Source: Lama guanicoe (Eukaryota). Taken from it: DNA of 63,972 bases. Positions 12,671 through 25,855 of the stretch are shown one piece after another. Where the stretch lies: positions 5,799,914 through 5,863,885 of the forward strand of contig MU055263.1 in the NCBI GenBank assembly GCA_013239625.1, given 5' to 3'. The position numbers were made by a program, and so were the translations under genes. The stretch's first letter is position 1. Every line of letters begins with the position of its first letter. The notes under the pieces are model-generated. The model did no database searches and was not told the origin of the DNA. It saw only the letters and a program-made list of their open reading frames with translations.

Positions 12671-15600
12671 GAACATAAAGGAGGACTTACAAGTTGAGCC
12701 CCAGTCGCTGTTAGATGCAACAAATGCTTTCCTTTTATATTAAAGATACTTTGTGAAGTAGATCATGGAGGCCATTCCAAAGCCTTCCCTTTTTAAGATT
12801 AGGTTAAAGAGAAAGTGCCATCTGGTGAGAAAACGGTTCTACTGAAGTGGTAAGTTAGGCGCCCAGCTAAACTGATCTATGCCAGTGAGTGTGCAGTTGG
12901 AGTTAGAAATCACTTTCTCACTTTGTCTTGCTACTTTAAAATGCATTAGCAGATAAGTAACTCTCTCTCATGACTCCAAACGGTGTGCGATCTGAATATC
13001 ACAGAAATATTTGAAAGTGGTGATTTTTATCACGAAACAGAAACTTGCCTTTTCTCCTAAAAACAGAAATTGTACTTTCAGACCTAGAAACACCCGTGCA
13101 ATCTGACAAGTTAATAACTTCGACAACAAAATTATAAAGACCTCATTGGCATATGAATAATGTGGGTGTTATAACAAAGACATTTGAGAAAAGTTTATAT
13201 CTATTACATCGAAATGAAATAGTTCCTACAGTTTCCTCTAATGTCTGCTTCTTTGATGCCAGCCAAGGCTGGTAAGATGATTGAACTATATTTCTAATCT
13301 CTTGGGTTTCACATTGTTTAAATCTGTCATGCAAGAATACTTTTTAGCATATGGCATTTCAATATTTTTTAAGGTTTCTTACAGCAGTTTGTAGGAGAGC
13401 TTAAAACTAAATTCTCCTTAGGAAATCACTCCTTATGTACCAGTAGAAACGTAGTAACGTGCCAGCAGGAGTGGACTAAGAAGTCACAGCTGGCTTAGGC
13501 AGAGCAGGTGAAGCACTGGTACTGACGCTTGGTAGCCTGCTGAATGACCACTTCCGGTGTTTCATTCCCTACAAGATCAGACTGATCTGTAATTCACTAC
13601 TATTTTTATTATGCTTTTTATTTTATGATGCAGCTAGAACAATGGACAGTACTTTAGGACATAGTCCAATAGGAAAATAATCTATACTCTGCTTACATCA
13701 GTTTTCAGTATTTCTATGTGTTGTCTCTCACATGTATTCCATTTGCAGTGAATTACTATCTTCAATGGCCCTTTATTTCCGTTCAATGCCCGACAACTCC
13801 ACTCTCCGTGGAGAGGATAAGTCCTTCTCCATATTTTCAATCTTATTCTTCTTTTTGCTAACCCTTGGGACTCTGCCCCAGTTAAATCAATTCAACGTGT
13901 GTCAGTGGCTGACAGCTTAATATATGCTAAAATCAACAGTCACAAAAAGTCATTAAGCATCTACCATGGACTAGATGGAGTATATGCTTATAGTCCATGT
14001 TATAGTGTACACACACACACACACACATCAGGCAGGCTCTTTCCCCGGAAGACTGAAATGTAACAATGGCCCTATTATTTGAAAAAATCAAACATTCTCC
14101 CGACAATAGTGTTTTCAGATACCAATATATAGTAAACGTTATACAATACTCTTTTTCCATGTCTACTGACATTGATGAATAAATACATAATTTTAGGCTT
14201 ACAAAGAACTAAAAAGAGAGATGTCCCATTTTTATTCATGTAGGGCCCAGAAACTCAGAATTATAAAACAGTTTAATTAGATGTGGTTATTTTTTTCCAA
14301 ACAAGGGTGCTACCTCACAGGATTCTTTTAAAGTGTGAACTCTGATTTTAACATCATTGTTAATAATTAGATTTTTAAAATGGAATTTGTGCACCAGCTT
14401 TCCCGTAATCATTACAGCTGCACAGATTGACCCATCTGAGCTACTTCCTGAAAAATAACAAGCATTTGGACAGAGTGCTAAACTGAGGTCAAAGTACTTT
14501 TTAAAATTTAAAAACATTGTATGTGATTCTCTTGGAACATTGAAGCTAGAGAAGGAAGCAGAGGTAACTAAACTTCATTTAGTATTTAATTTTTCCAGAC
14601 TTTCTGCTAAGTGTTGTGCGTCCCACTTAGGCTCAGAGCAGGCTGAGGCGGCTGCTACTGCCCTCACTTTGTAGATCGGGAGCAGAAGCCCGTACATGAC
14701 CGCAGCGATGCAGTTCGTCAGGGCTGGAAAGAAGCGTATAATTCAGGCCCACGGGGCTCCACAGTGCATACCCTTTTAAAAACAAACAAACAAAAATACA
14801 GTTCATCAGCCATAAGAAAAAGCAACTTCAAAAAACCTTGACTTTGGAAGGAAATAAAAAACAAACATTTTCTGAGTACAAAGGTCCAGATCGTTATCCT
14901 CCAACAATATGTAAAATAACTTTTCTTTTCTAGTTAGCTCGCTTTCAGGTAAAACAATCCAGGCTCTTGCAAATTGTAGGTTTAGCCTCTTGGAAAACAC
15001 TGGAAATTTACCATGCAAGAATTGAACAATTCATTGGACCAATTATAGCCTACTGGCATATTAAATGCCCAGCTTTTAGGAGGAAGCCGTGCCAAATATA
15101 GGGTAATTTTAGCCACTGAAGTCTGTCTTTATGTAAATAGATGTCTGCTCTCATCGGTGCCGTCCCCAGGAACACAGATGGGCTACTTGTTGCCCGGTGC
15201 CAGCCTGTAGAAAGAGCTTGGAAGTAACTGGTCTGCTGTTCGAGTTGGAACTGAGCCAACTACCGTATGGTAACTCCAGTCATCTATTTCGATAGTCAGT
15301 TCTCTTTATTAGGATTCATTTTTGCTCTGGGGATTCAGCTCTTACACAAAGGGTGGGTCCCTGAAAGCATCTGGTTTACCCCTTCCATATCACTGGCTTT
15401 GGATATTTTATTAATTGCCGTGTGAGTTGGCATCATTTACTAGTTTTGAAAGCTCTGCAAATGCCATCAGTATAAGTAATTCTTTGTTCTTTCTTTACAA
15501 AAAAAATCACAGGGTTCAAAGTCTCTGGCTCATTACAATGCTGTATTTTATTTCATTCCTGATATGAAGTGAGCATAGCCAATCTCTCAGAATGTCATGA

Positions 15601-18600
15601 CAGATTTTTGCTGCATGACTACAGCATTTTTCTTGTATGATTTCATTTTATACTTTCCTTTAATCTGCCCTGCCTGCTCCTGGAGCTCCTTCTGTTGATC
15701 CTGTCCTGTTTTCAGTTCCTTCTCAAAGCAGTAGATGCCACATCTATGCCACTTCAGAACTGTCATGTATCCACACCCAAATGATGCCCTTTACCACCTC
15801 CATACCAACATGTGACTATGGACCAAGTGGCTACTCAGGCAACGGAGGGATCTAGGCTATGACGCGACTGGTTTATCCTTTTCTTGACCCACTCTACCTC
15901 CAAAGTAAGAGTAAAGTCTGGAAAAATACTCAGATTAGAGACATGAAAATTCTGATGTGGCATACACTTGACAACTATTACTGTGAATGAATCCTATATA
16001 CTAAAAGCATCAGAGTCTCCTACAGCATGCCAGTGAGGCAGCGTGCTGGACCCTGCCTCAGAGCCTGCAGGACCTAGAAGACCCATGAGACACAGAGAAT
16101 GACAGAGCCTTGGACAGCACATCAGATATCAGCACACATGCTGCCTTCTCTTATGCAAGCATCTGTATTCTGGGTCTTGAAATGGAAATACTGAGGTTCC
16201 TCTATTCCTTGTTTTACTTCTTTTTTCACTCAAATGTTTACTGACTGCCTACTATGTGCCAGGAAGTCTGCTAAGGACCAAAAATACAGCTCACAATCAT
16301 TTTCTTGGCATTGCAGTGGGTTTTCCCCTACTTCCCTCACAAATCACGATGATACCATTGTTAGGTATTTGCCAAGCATTGGCACTGTGCTAGGCACTGC
16401 GGTGGTTATTTACACAGTGTCTCTCATCAGCATCACGATCCTGTACGGTAGACACTAATGCTCCCATTTTATAACCGAGGAAACTGAGACTCAGAAAAAC
16501 GAGTTTGTTCTCTCAAGGTGGTGGAGCCTGTGGACCCTGGTTCTGGTGGGCTCCAAACAGCTCAACTACACCTTCTTTTCCCATTAAGGGGTAGAAAACC
16601 CTCCCGGACTGAGAGTTCAAGTGCCCAGCACGCCAGACCCAACAGCTCCCTGCAGCATTTCGGAGCCATTCCAGGTCTCTTCCCACCAGGACTAAGTTCA
16701 GGCTTCCTCCCCTCTCCAGGGTTTTGGCAACTGAAGGAAGGTTCTTCTCCCGAAACCAGTCTTTTTCTCTCGTGTCTCTTGCCAAGTGTTGTCCAGTTGC
16801 CCAGTTAGCAGATTCAACTTTTTTTTTCCTTCTTTACAGCTCTTCTCACCTGTGTATGAACAAATTTAAAGTCATTTGTTCTCTCTTACCTTTCCTTTTT
16901 CTGAAACACACTTGGTCCTCTATATGTGGTTGAAGTATTTCTGCGTCATTTCCTGGATGGATTAAACGCTTTATTTCCTGGTGAACGTGTGTGTCCCCAC
17001 TGACCAGCTCTTCTCCCTCCTGTCCCAGGCTGCCTCCTTGCAATGTTCCTCACCTGCTGAAGTCTGGTCTCCGCTGCTTACGAGCAACGAATGTTGGGTA
17101 AGTTATCTAACCAGTAGGTGCCTCGATTTCTTCTTTTGTACAAGGCAGCAGTACCTGCCTCACAGAGTTGTTGTAAGAACCAAAAAAAAAAAAAAAGACA
17201 AGATACTCTACAGCGAGACTGGCGCTTAGTAAGGTATCAGTAAGTGTTAACTGCTGTTTTATTGGGATTTGGTAGAACATGTCAGTTCTTTCCACCAGAA
17301 CAGGCTCAGTGGAGGGGTTAGGCCTTGGCAATAAACCCACCCGCTGGGAGCTGGCACCTGATGTGTGTGCTGGGCTGGGTTTAGGCTGTCAGGTAAGCAT
17401 GCGTTCTGACTTTCTGAGGGCTACAGTCAGGTTCAATCAGATGTGTAGTTGGTAACATAACTGACAGTGAGGCAGCAGGGAGTTCTGGCTTGCGAGCAAG
17501 ATGCAGCAACGAAGACCTGAAGATCCGTCAAGGGACGTGAAGGCTCAGTTCCCTCGGCTGATTTCTAGGCCAGGCCTCCAGTCATTCAGAAGGGGCCTTG
17601 GAAGAAGTCCTGGGGAGGAACTGAAACACAGACAAGTAATCAGAAACTGGGAGATGGGCAGAAGCCAGCGTCAGCCATGGAGGTAGATGCCAAGCCCTGG
17701 GAATGCAGTCGAGGCCCAGACATCAGAAGAGAGACCCTGCACTAGGGTTAGATTTAGGACAAGGGGAGCAGCAGGGAACTCTGAGACGTGGGGCTGGGGC
17801 AGTCCCAGGCCAGGACTAGGGACCTAGCCAGCCAGTGAGGGCCTGGATCCAGACCCAGCGATTCTGGGTGGGGAGAGATACAGAGGCAAGGAACCAGGCT
17901 GAACTAGATCTTTACAAATCTCATATTTTATTAGGCTATATTGGATGTATAAACCCTGTGAGTTTAGATAGCTACGTATGCATAGTTCTCTCGATGTGGT
18001 GCTTGATTAATATCTTACTCCACCACTACTATGAAGTATTATAGAGGTAAGGAAAAAAAGATGTGAAAGGGATTTTAATTTTTTTAATGCTTTTTAAATG
18101 TAAGGCATTGTGGCTATTATTTATAATCATACCTTTTCATGATAGCAATTCAATTTTCCATTAAATCCTTATTTTTCTTTATAATCTAGCCTAAATAATA
18201 TTGCCACTACAACAAATAGAACTGGTATATTGAATAAGCATGGTTTGAGGGATGTAATAAAAAAGCAATTTTATTTTTGCCCCCCACTGTCACTTTAAAG
18301 CGTATTCAGTAAGGTAAATGTTTTTCCTGCTGCTGGATAAAAGCTCAAGGGATCGTAATGACAGAAAGTCCCAGGGTTGCTTTAACTTGCAAAACAGAGC
18401 TTGATTCAGAAATTAGACTGTCTAGTCTAAATTTTCATTTTTGCTTAAGAATTCTTTCCCCTCTCCTTCTCCCTCCTATTGCTAGCTGCCTCCTCCAAAC
18501 CTTGTCAGGCAGGGACCGTGGGTTGCCTGTCCCACCTAAGCAGCCTCATGGACGGACCAGGAAAAAGCAGCCAGAATGTTCTTACTTCACCGGTACTTCC

Positions 18601-20164
18601 ATTCCGTCTCTTTGCTCTCTGGGCTTGGTTAGTGCTTAAAGCTGACTTTCTCTCTCTGGGGCCATTCTGGATTCTTTGACAGCTCACCTGCTGGGCGCCT
18701 CAGACCTCACCCCCCAGTGCGGACAATGCCCCTCATTCGCCGACGGCGGGTGCCCTCTGAGCTTCTCGGTTTGCTGCAGTCCGCCCAAGCGCAGACTCTG
18801 TTGGGACCTCTCGCCCTCCAACCAAAGCTCTGTTCGAACAGAGGGGAGCGCTTTTAACATGACTCCGGCAGGGCAGTCTCCCAGCCACCAGTCTCTGCTG
18901 GTGAGCTGACAGCAGCCAGTCTCACCTCAGGCCAACAGCCGCAGCGTCCAGCCACCGTCCTCAGACATGTGACACGCCCCAGCCCAGCTGCTCCCACAGC
19001 TGCAGGGACACAGATTACGTCTCCCAGAGTCTCCTTAAGGGTTTCCCTGCCTTGTCTGAAGAAGGGCAATGCTCTTTTCAGTAGGTAAAATTTCTTCATA
19101 GTTCCACCCTCTCCATCTACTCTCAACTTTTTACATCAGCAAAGTGGGTCAGGGTACCCAAACTGGTTCTCATAATTTTGTTTGAAAATTGATACATGGT
19201 CTGGTGCCTAACTTTGGAATTAAATATCTATTGTATCATGATGTATGAGACAAAATTTCCAATTTGCTGTCCTAACATACAAACAAAAAATGTATCAGTC
19301 AAAAAAGGCTTCTGAATTATTTATGTTTCGAATACAGGGAATTTAGAGTTTCTCAGGCTGCAAAATATGTGGGAAAAATAAGAATCCTTATTTACTCCTC
19401 GAGTTCCAAGCCCAGACGTCTCCCGACTGTGAGAGCGCGAGCCCACTCTTCCCTGTGCCTTCGCGGTGCTGGGGCAGCGCCAGCACCACTGCACTCGTCG
19501 TTCCACCCTTACATTTACTAAATTTTAAAATCCTGGAGAATAAGGACATGTACTTATTTTCCCTTGTATTTTTGGTGCCTGGCGTAGTATTTGGAATATT
19601 GAGGAAGCTCAAAAAATGTTTATTAAACTAAATTAAAGAGAGGTGGATCTGGGCTCTAATGATAACTGAGGGAGTGACGTAGGAATGCAGGGTTCCTGTT
19701 TTCCAGGCTCCTCATCAGCAAAATGGGGAAACCACTATTATGCTAATTAATAACGACGAAAACTACCAAAAATGACTTAAAAAACATTCTTAAAACAAAG
19801 TGACTTATAAATGCTAGTAATTACTTCTATTACTAGATGTACTGTCAAAATGACCTAGAATCACAGATTTTGCCCAGACTAAGGGACAGGAGGGCGAACT
19901 CTGTGTTCCTCTATAGGATTTCTTGATTTCACAGTCCTTGACAAGTCTTCATTTATTATACGGCTAAAAGGAAAAAAGCTCAGGTGACGTTTGAACTGAA
20001 CTACACTTTTTGTTTTGTTAATCACCAAGTCAGAGTGACATCAGGTGTGGTAGGAAAAGCACATTGTCTGTTTGTGAACATCTTCAGGAAGAAACCTGCA
20101 AAAGCAAGAGTCCCAGTCCATTGTTCCCTTACGCTTCTGTGAAGTACGCCTGCCCGAGTCAGCA

Positions 20165-22682
20165 TACGTCAATCCAGCTCTCATCTAGTGCTGCGTGGAA
20201 AACTGCCGCAACACTTGCCAACTTAAACCAGCAAACATCTTTATTGTTTCACAGGTTCTGTGGGTCAGAAATCTGTGGAAGGCTTGGCTGGTGGTTCTTG
20301 TTCAAAGCTTCCCACGTAGCTTCAGTCAAGGTGTCTGCCAGGGCTGGAGGCATCCGAGTCTTCTCTAAGTCTGGAGAATCTGCTTGGCTGAGAACTACAG
20401 CTGTTGGCAAGAGGCTTCAGTTACTCTCCATATGGGTCCTCTTGGGATTGCTTGTGACGTGGCTTCCCCCACAGTGGTCTAAGAGAGAAGGAGAAAGAGA
20501 GAGGGGGAGGGAGACAAAGAGAGGCAGGGAGCAGGCGGCTAGCGACAGAGGAGAGTAAACAGCTCCCCAAACAGAAGCTTTATGCTTTGTAATCTGACTT
20601 TGGAAGTAACATACCATCACTTCTGCCGCGTATCCTGGTCACAGAGACCCACCCTGGTACAGAATGGGAGGGAACTACACGAAGGTCTGAATTCCAGGAA
20701 GTGGGGATCACTGGGGATTCTAGGAAGCTGGTCACCTCCCTCAGCACACCCGCTGGCCCCACAGATTCACCTCCTCTTCCGCTCTTGTCTGCTCCCAGGA
20801 GCCCCACTGCAGTACCAGCCTGACTTCCAGGCTCTCATCCAAGTCGGGTGCACGTGTGGATACGACTTCTGGGGTGTGTTTTCTTAGGTATAGAAGCTCA
20901 AGTACAGCTCCCCTAGATCTGTGCATTTGTGAGCTAAAGACACAAGGATATGTCCCTCTCAAAACACCCAGTGAACAGTGGTGTGGAAGGCACAGGGTCA
21001 CTGCTATAGATACAGCTGCACAGAAAGGGGACACCGGGGAGTCACTGATCAGAGCAGTTATAAAACCCAATCAGACGTGCCAGAATTCCTTGATTAGGTC
21101 TCTAGCCCTGGGGCCACTTCATCACAGCTCTCAGTGCCTTTCTCTGGGCTCCTGGCATTGCTCTCTGAACAACCCTTCTTTTCTCATGAAAGATAGCATG
21201 TGTTGCCAGCTAAGCAGTTTTCTCAGCCTGCGTCCTTCCAGTGGAATCTTGTAGTCCAAAGGTCACTCTCCATACTGGACTGCTTCTGTCCTTTTCGGGC
21301 CAAGCTGGTAACATTTCTGAATGTGTAATTCTTTTAAAAAGCATTGTGGATTTTCTGTGAATCTTATTAAGTTGTACCATTAGACAAAAGCCACACCCAC
21401 AAACCCTTTCAGTGTAGCCCTGTCTCTACCTTAGGTTTTTGCTGAGAAGGCTGAGGAAAACTGCCTGTAAACTTTCCAGAAGCCCAGTTGTTTGAAAATA
21501 TCTATGACACACACTGCAAGTCTCCTCGGAGAGCCTGTTTCTGGCCGCGTCGCACTCCAAGGACCCAACCTCAATGATCCTGAAGGTTAAACAAAAGACT
21601 CTGCAGTCACATCCTTCGTTTCATATTTGATCCCCACCCCCACCTTTTTTTTTTTCCCCTGGCAACACCCTGGATTTGTTCTTTGCTTAGAAACCATTTC
21701 TTAATTTAATTTTAGGATCATTTGCCTTCCTGGGAAGCTAAGGACTTTCAAAATAATTGATTCCTGTCTCTTTTTTGTTTAATAAAGTCTTCCTTTAGTC
21801 TGTCTCCCCTTGCATTCTACTATAAGCAGCAAAAAGAAAGCAGGTGGTATTTTCAGCACTCTTGCTGGAAATCTCTGTCACCCAGTTCATTAGGTACATT
21901 TTATACTTTTTATATAACTACGTGCAACACTGCTGCTGAACTTTCTGCTATTTAACTGAAGGCTCTTCTCCATTCTGGGTTCTGGTAACAGTTACTTTGC
22001 TTTCTGGTCAGCCCTCACTCAATGCCTTGTCAAAGACTACGAGGCATCTGTTTACAGCTACTTCAAGGCACTTCAGGCTTCCATGAATGCCCTCTTCAAT
22101 GCCCACTGCCCAGTTCCTAAGCCACTTCCACACTTTAGGCCTTGGTTATGCCTATTCCAGACACCAAGATCCGTGCTAGTTATCTATTGTGTAATGAATT
22201 ACTCTCAACCATAACACCTTTAAATAGCAAATATTTATTATCTCACAGTTTCCAAAGGAAGCTTGGAGCAGCTTAGCTGGAAGCTTCTGACTCAAGATCT
22301 CTCATGTGATTGTGGCTGAGCTGTCAGCTGGGCTGCAGTCAGTGGAGGCTTGGGTAGGGATGGGGTTCCATTTCCAAGCTCTTTCCAGTGGCTTTTCGCA
22401 AGAGGCTTCAGTTCCTCCTCACCTGGCCCCTCCGCAGGGCTCCTCATGACGTGTCTTCTCCTCGAGCAGGTCATCCAGGGCAGAAAAAGTGCGTTTCCAA
22501 GGAGGAGTCTGCAGACCTTTTACACTCTAACCTCAGAAGTCAGTACCATCACTTCTGCTGTATCCAAGTCATTAAAAATCAGTCATTAAAACTAACCTAC
22601 ACTCATGGGGAGGGGATTAAGCTTTACCTCCCAAAGGGAGAGGGTTCAAAGAATTTGGGCGCATACTTTCAAAACCACCACA
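20165..22682 (-). mobile_element. MaLR (MLT1-type) LTR - internal - LTR structure
   Basis: MLT1-like LTR at ~20165-20738 (aacttaaaccagcaaacatctttattgtttcacaggttctgtgggtcagaaat), MLT-int-like middle, and a second LTR at ~22172-22682 ending aaaaccaccaca. Both LTRs share accatcacttctg. Confidence 0.65.
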
Positions 22683-22822
22683 GGCAGCATGCTGACTGGG
22701 GAAGGTAGTTTTAGATGGTTTTAGTTTCTTTGATTCCCTGTTGTCAGATTTTAAGGTATAAACTATCTTAAAGTAACCCCATCCCCTGAAAGAGAAGTCT
22801 CAAGTAATATTAGCTATCTGAA

Positions 22823-22863
22823 GGCATTAAAGGGGCTGGGCATTAAAGGGACTGGGCATTAAA
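22823..22863. repeat. 16-bp tandem repeat, 2.5 copies (GGCATTAAAGGGRCTG)
   Basis: Directly visible. Confidence 0.9.
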
Positions 22864-23638
22864 TTCCACAATCTAGTTGAGGCTAAAAGAAAAGAAAAAG
22901 AAATCTTGTGCGTGTGGCTGGTTTATAAAGCATTGACATCAGTGGATTGAACATACTCCTATTAGCAGTGAAAATGGACAGCCCCTGCTGATGACTTTAT
23001 CTTGTGGTTCCTTTCAGATTTGTGATTAAATAATATGTGGTCAGAAGGTTTTCATCATCTACCCTGTCATTATAAATACTTCCTCTTTGTGGACATCTAG
23101 TTAACTTTGAACAATTAATCCATTCCAATTTAAATAAGTCTTTTTCAGAGAAAGTTCATGAATTTGAAAAACATATAACAAATGATATGAAAGCCACAAT
23201 TAAGTATTATTACAGACATGGCACAGACATGACATGTAGGTAACATTCAATGATCGTAAGAGGTTGGAATGGGTCTAGAAGGGCTAGATTGTAAGGCATT
23301 GTTCTGAGAGAAGCTAGAGTTCACCAGGAGCACTCAGGATAGGAGAAAGAAGCTTTTCCCAGTCTCCCCTAATATGCCCACGTGCACTGTTTGAACTGAG
23401 CATTCAACATCAAGCCCTGAGAATGGAAGAGGATGTATTAAGCAGAGTTGGCAAACAGGAAGAACGCTTCCATTCATTACTTCTTTTAAAAAAAATTCAC
23501 CCTCCTTGGCCCTGGGCAGAATGCTGTGCGGGATCTGGAGTGGCTGAAGTTAGTGATGAAGATGATGTTAGTGATTCGCTGGTAGCACTGGGCGGCCAGT
23601 GTGTCTCAAAGCCTTGGAATCGTGCATTCTGCACCTCG

Positions 23639-23657
23639 CAGCTCCCCCTGGCGGCCG
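23639..23657 (-). promoter_or_regulatory. CTCF binding motif
   Basis: Minus strand reads CGGCCGCCAGGGGGAGCTG, a close match to the CTCF core (CCRSCAGRGGGCRS), with retained CpGs in non-repeat sequence. Confidence 0.65.
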
Positions 23658-24900
23658 GAACTTGATCTTCTTACAGGACTCCCCTGCTTCTCACAGATCC
23701 CTCTTTCCGAGTTACACCAGAAGGCGGCACAACACTGTAAACTGACTGTATTTCAACCAAAAGCCATAATAAAGGATAACTTCTCCTTGCTTACTTACTC
23801 CTACAGCCAACTCATTAGAAGTGGGAACATAATTATCATGATTTCACTTGCCTAGTGTGTTCAGCAGTGGTAGAAATCAAGACATCCTTGTCGACACTGG
23901 CTGGCTGGATGTTCACTGCTACTCTCCTGTGCCTGCAGTCCATACAAGCATTCACGGCTTTTCTCATTTTGTTTCCTCAAAGCATGACATAAGCAGAAAT
24001 TTAAGAAATCCCTGTATATGTATTTTGACAAAGTCATGGGGGGTTATAAAATTAATAAAATCTCAATAATTTCCATGAATTATGATATTAAGGTGAATGG
24101 AACAAACCACAGCGACCAGAAGTAAATAGTGTCATTATGAAAGCGTTAGAGAAGACATCTGATGGTGATTTACAGTGGTGATGAGAGAGGAATTTCCTAA
24201 GCGGCAAACTTGGAAGTCTGCAGTGCGCTCGTCGTTTGATGGGTCTCTGTGATTATCACAGCAGCATAGTATTTCATCAATAAAAACTTCTCTATAAAAT
24301 CATACTTTCCACTGTAGAACAATAATAGTAAACAAAAATTAAGGAATACTTTTCCATGTTTTGCATATTTCCATTTTTTAATTAAAAAATAGGAGTAAGT
24401 CTGACCATTCAGAAAAATGAACTAATTGTAAGTGTTCAGCTCAATAAACTATCACAAAGTACACTCACAGGGCAATCACAACCCAGGCCAAGAGGCAGGG
24501 TGTTATCTTCATTCCTCTCCCAATCAATGCCTCCTCCCTTCTTTCCCAGGAGCACACGTTATCCTGACTTTTAGCATCACTTTGGCTGCTTTAACACTTT
24601 GTATGAAAGCAACCACACAGCATGTATTCTTTAATGTTTGGGTTCTTTCGCTCAACATTGTATTTGTGAGAGTCATCTATGTTGTGCTGAGCTTCAGTTC
24701 TTTAATTCTAATTGTTACATAGCATTCGATTTTATGAATATATGCTATGTGACCATTCACTCAGTGCTGGTAGGCATTTGAACCCTTTCTCGCTCAGGGC
24801 CACTGGAAGTGCTGCTATTACAGATGCTCGTGAGCGTGTCTTTGGCGGCACATATGTATGCATTTCTGTTAGCTGTAAGCCTAGGGGTGGCTCTGCTGGG

Positions 24901-25855
24901 CAGGGCTGGCTTCACGGGCATGCAGCTTGTACGGCCGCACAGCACCCTGGGCTCACTAAGGCCCTGCGCTTGGCTTAATGCTCTGCTATTGCTGCCTTGA
25001 AACTCTTGATAATTTCGCCTTGAAACTTGTGTGTTGTAATTGAAGTCTGATGGGGATAGTGAGCATGTGCATAAACAGAGAAAGGCACAACATGCGTGCT
25101 CGAGGCGTTCCTGGTGACTTCATTTACCTATGACTGAAGGCCAACAAGCACAGACTTCTGGTGGAGCCTCTATTCATGGAAGTTCAACAAGATTCAAAAC
25201 GAATTTAAAACAAATGTGTTAAATCTACAGCCTGGACTGAGCAAGCGGGGCACTGACAGCCTGTGGAGGCCGCGCTTTCATTCGATTCAGAACTTGCATC
25301 GAATGCAGGGAGGAAGCAGTGCGTTCTAGGAAACAGGACTCCCAACCACTAACTCTGAAAACGATGACAGAAAAGGAAAGGGAAAGATGAGGCAGCCCTA
25401 GTTTCTTTCCTTTCCGTCCTCCCTTAGTAAGGGCTAAAGTAAGCCAAAGGTGAAGACTGTTGACAAAATGCGACCATGTCAAGACGCGAAATGGAAACAG
25501 CAGAGTTAGTTTTGTGCGGTATCTCAGCAAAGCGCATCTGCATGAATGGGGTACAAAGCACAAGGCGCGGGATGTCAGAGGCTCCACACACGCATCAAAC
25601 ACGCGCTCTTGAACTGACACTGCACAGTACAGATTGTAACTGTGAAATTCACACCGGCAACTTAAAATTTTAATTTCTCTTTACCTAGAGTGGCATTAAA
25701 GAGCAAATCAACAACATCATGACAAGTTGCCAGAGGACTGAGGAAGAAAGGAAGGTATGTTTCACTACCTTTTGCAGAACTTTCTCCCTGCTGTTTGGAC
25801 AGCAGGCCGTATTTTTAATTTTGCACTGGACCCGCAAACTTTGCAGCTGGCCCTG
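24901..25855 (+). mobile_element. MER45-family hAT DNA transposon, near full length, nested in L1
   Basis: Terminal inverted repeats CAGGGCTGGCT... and ...GCTGGCCCTG; the 5' sequence matches the recalled MER45 start (gcgcttggcttaatgctctgct...ttgaaactcttgataattt). Confidence 0.75.

Noticed and set aside
20064-21254. 164-aa and 132-aa ORFs
   Set aside because: They lie within MLT1 LTR and internal sequence, begin at non-ATG codons and show no protein motif.
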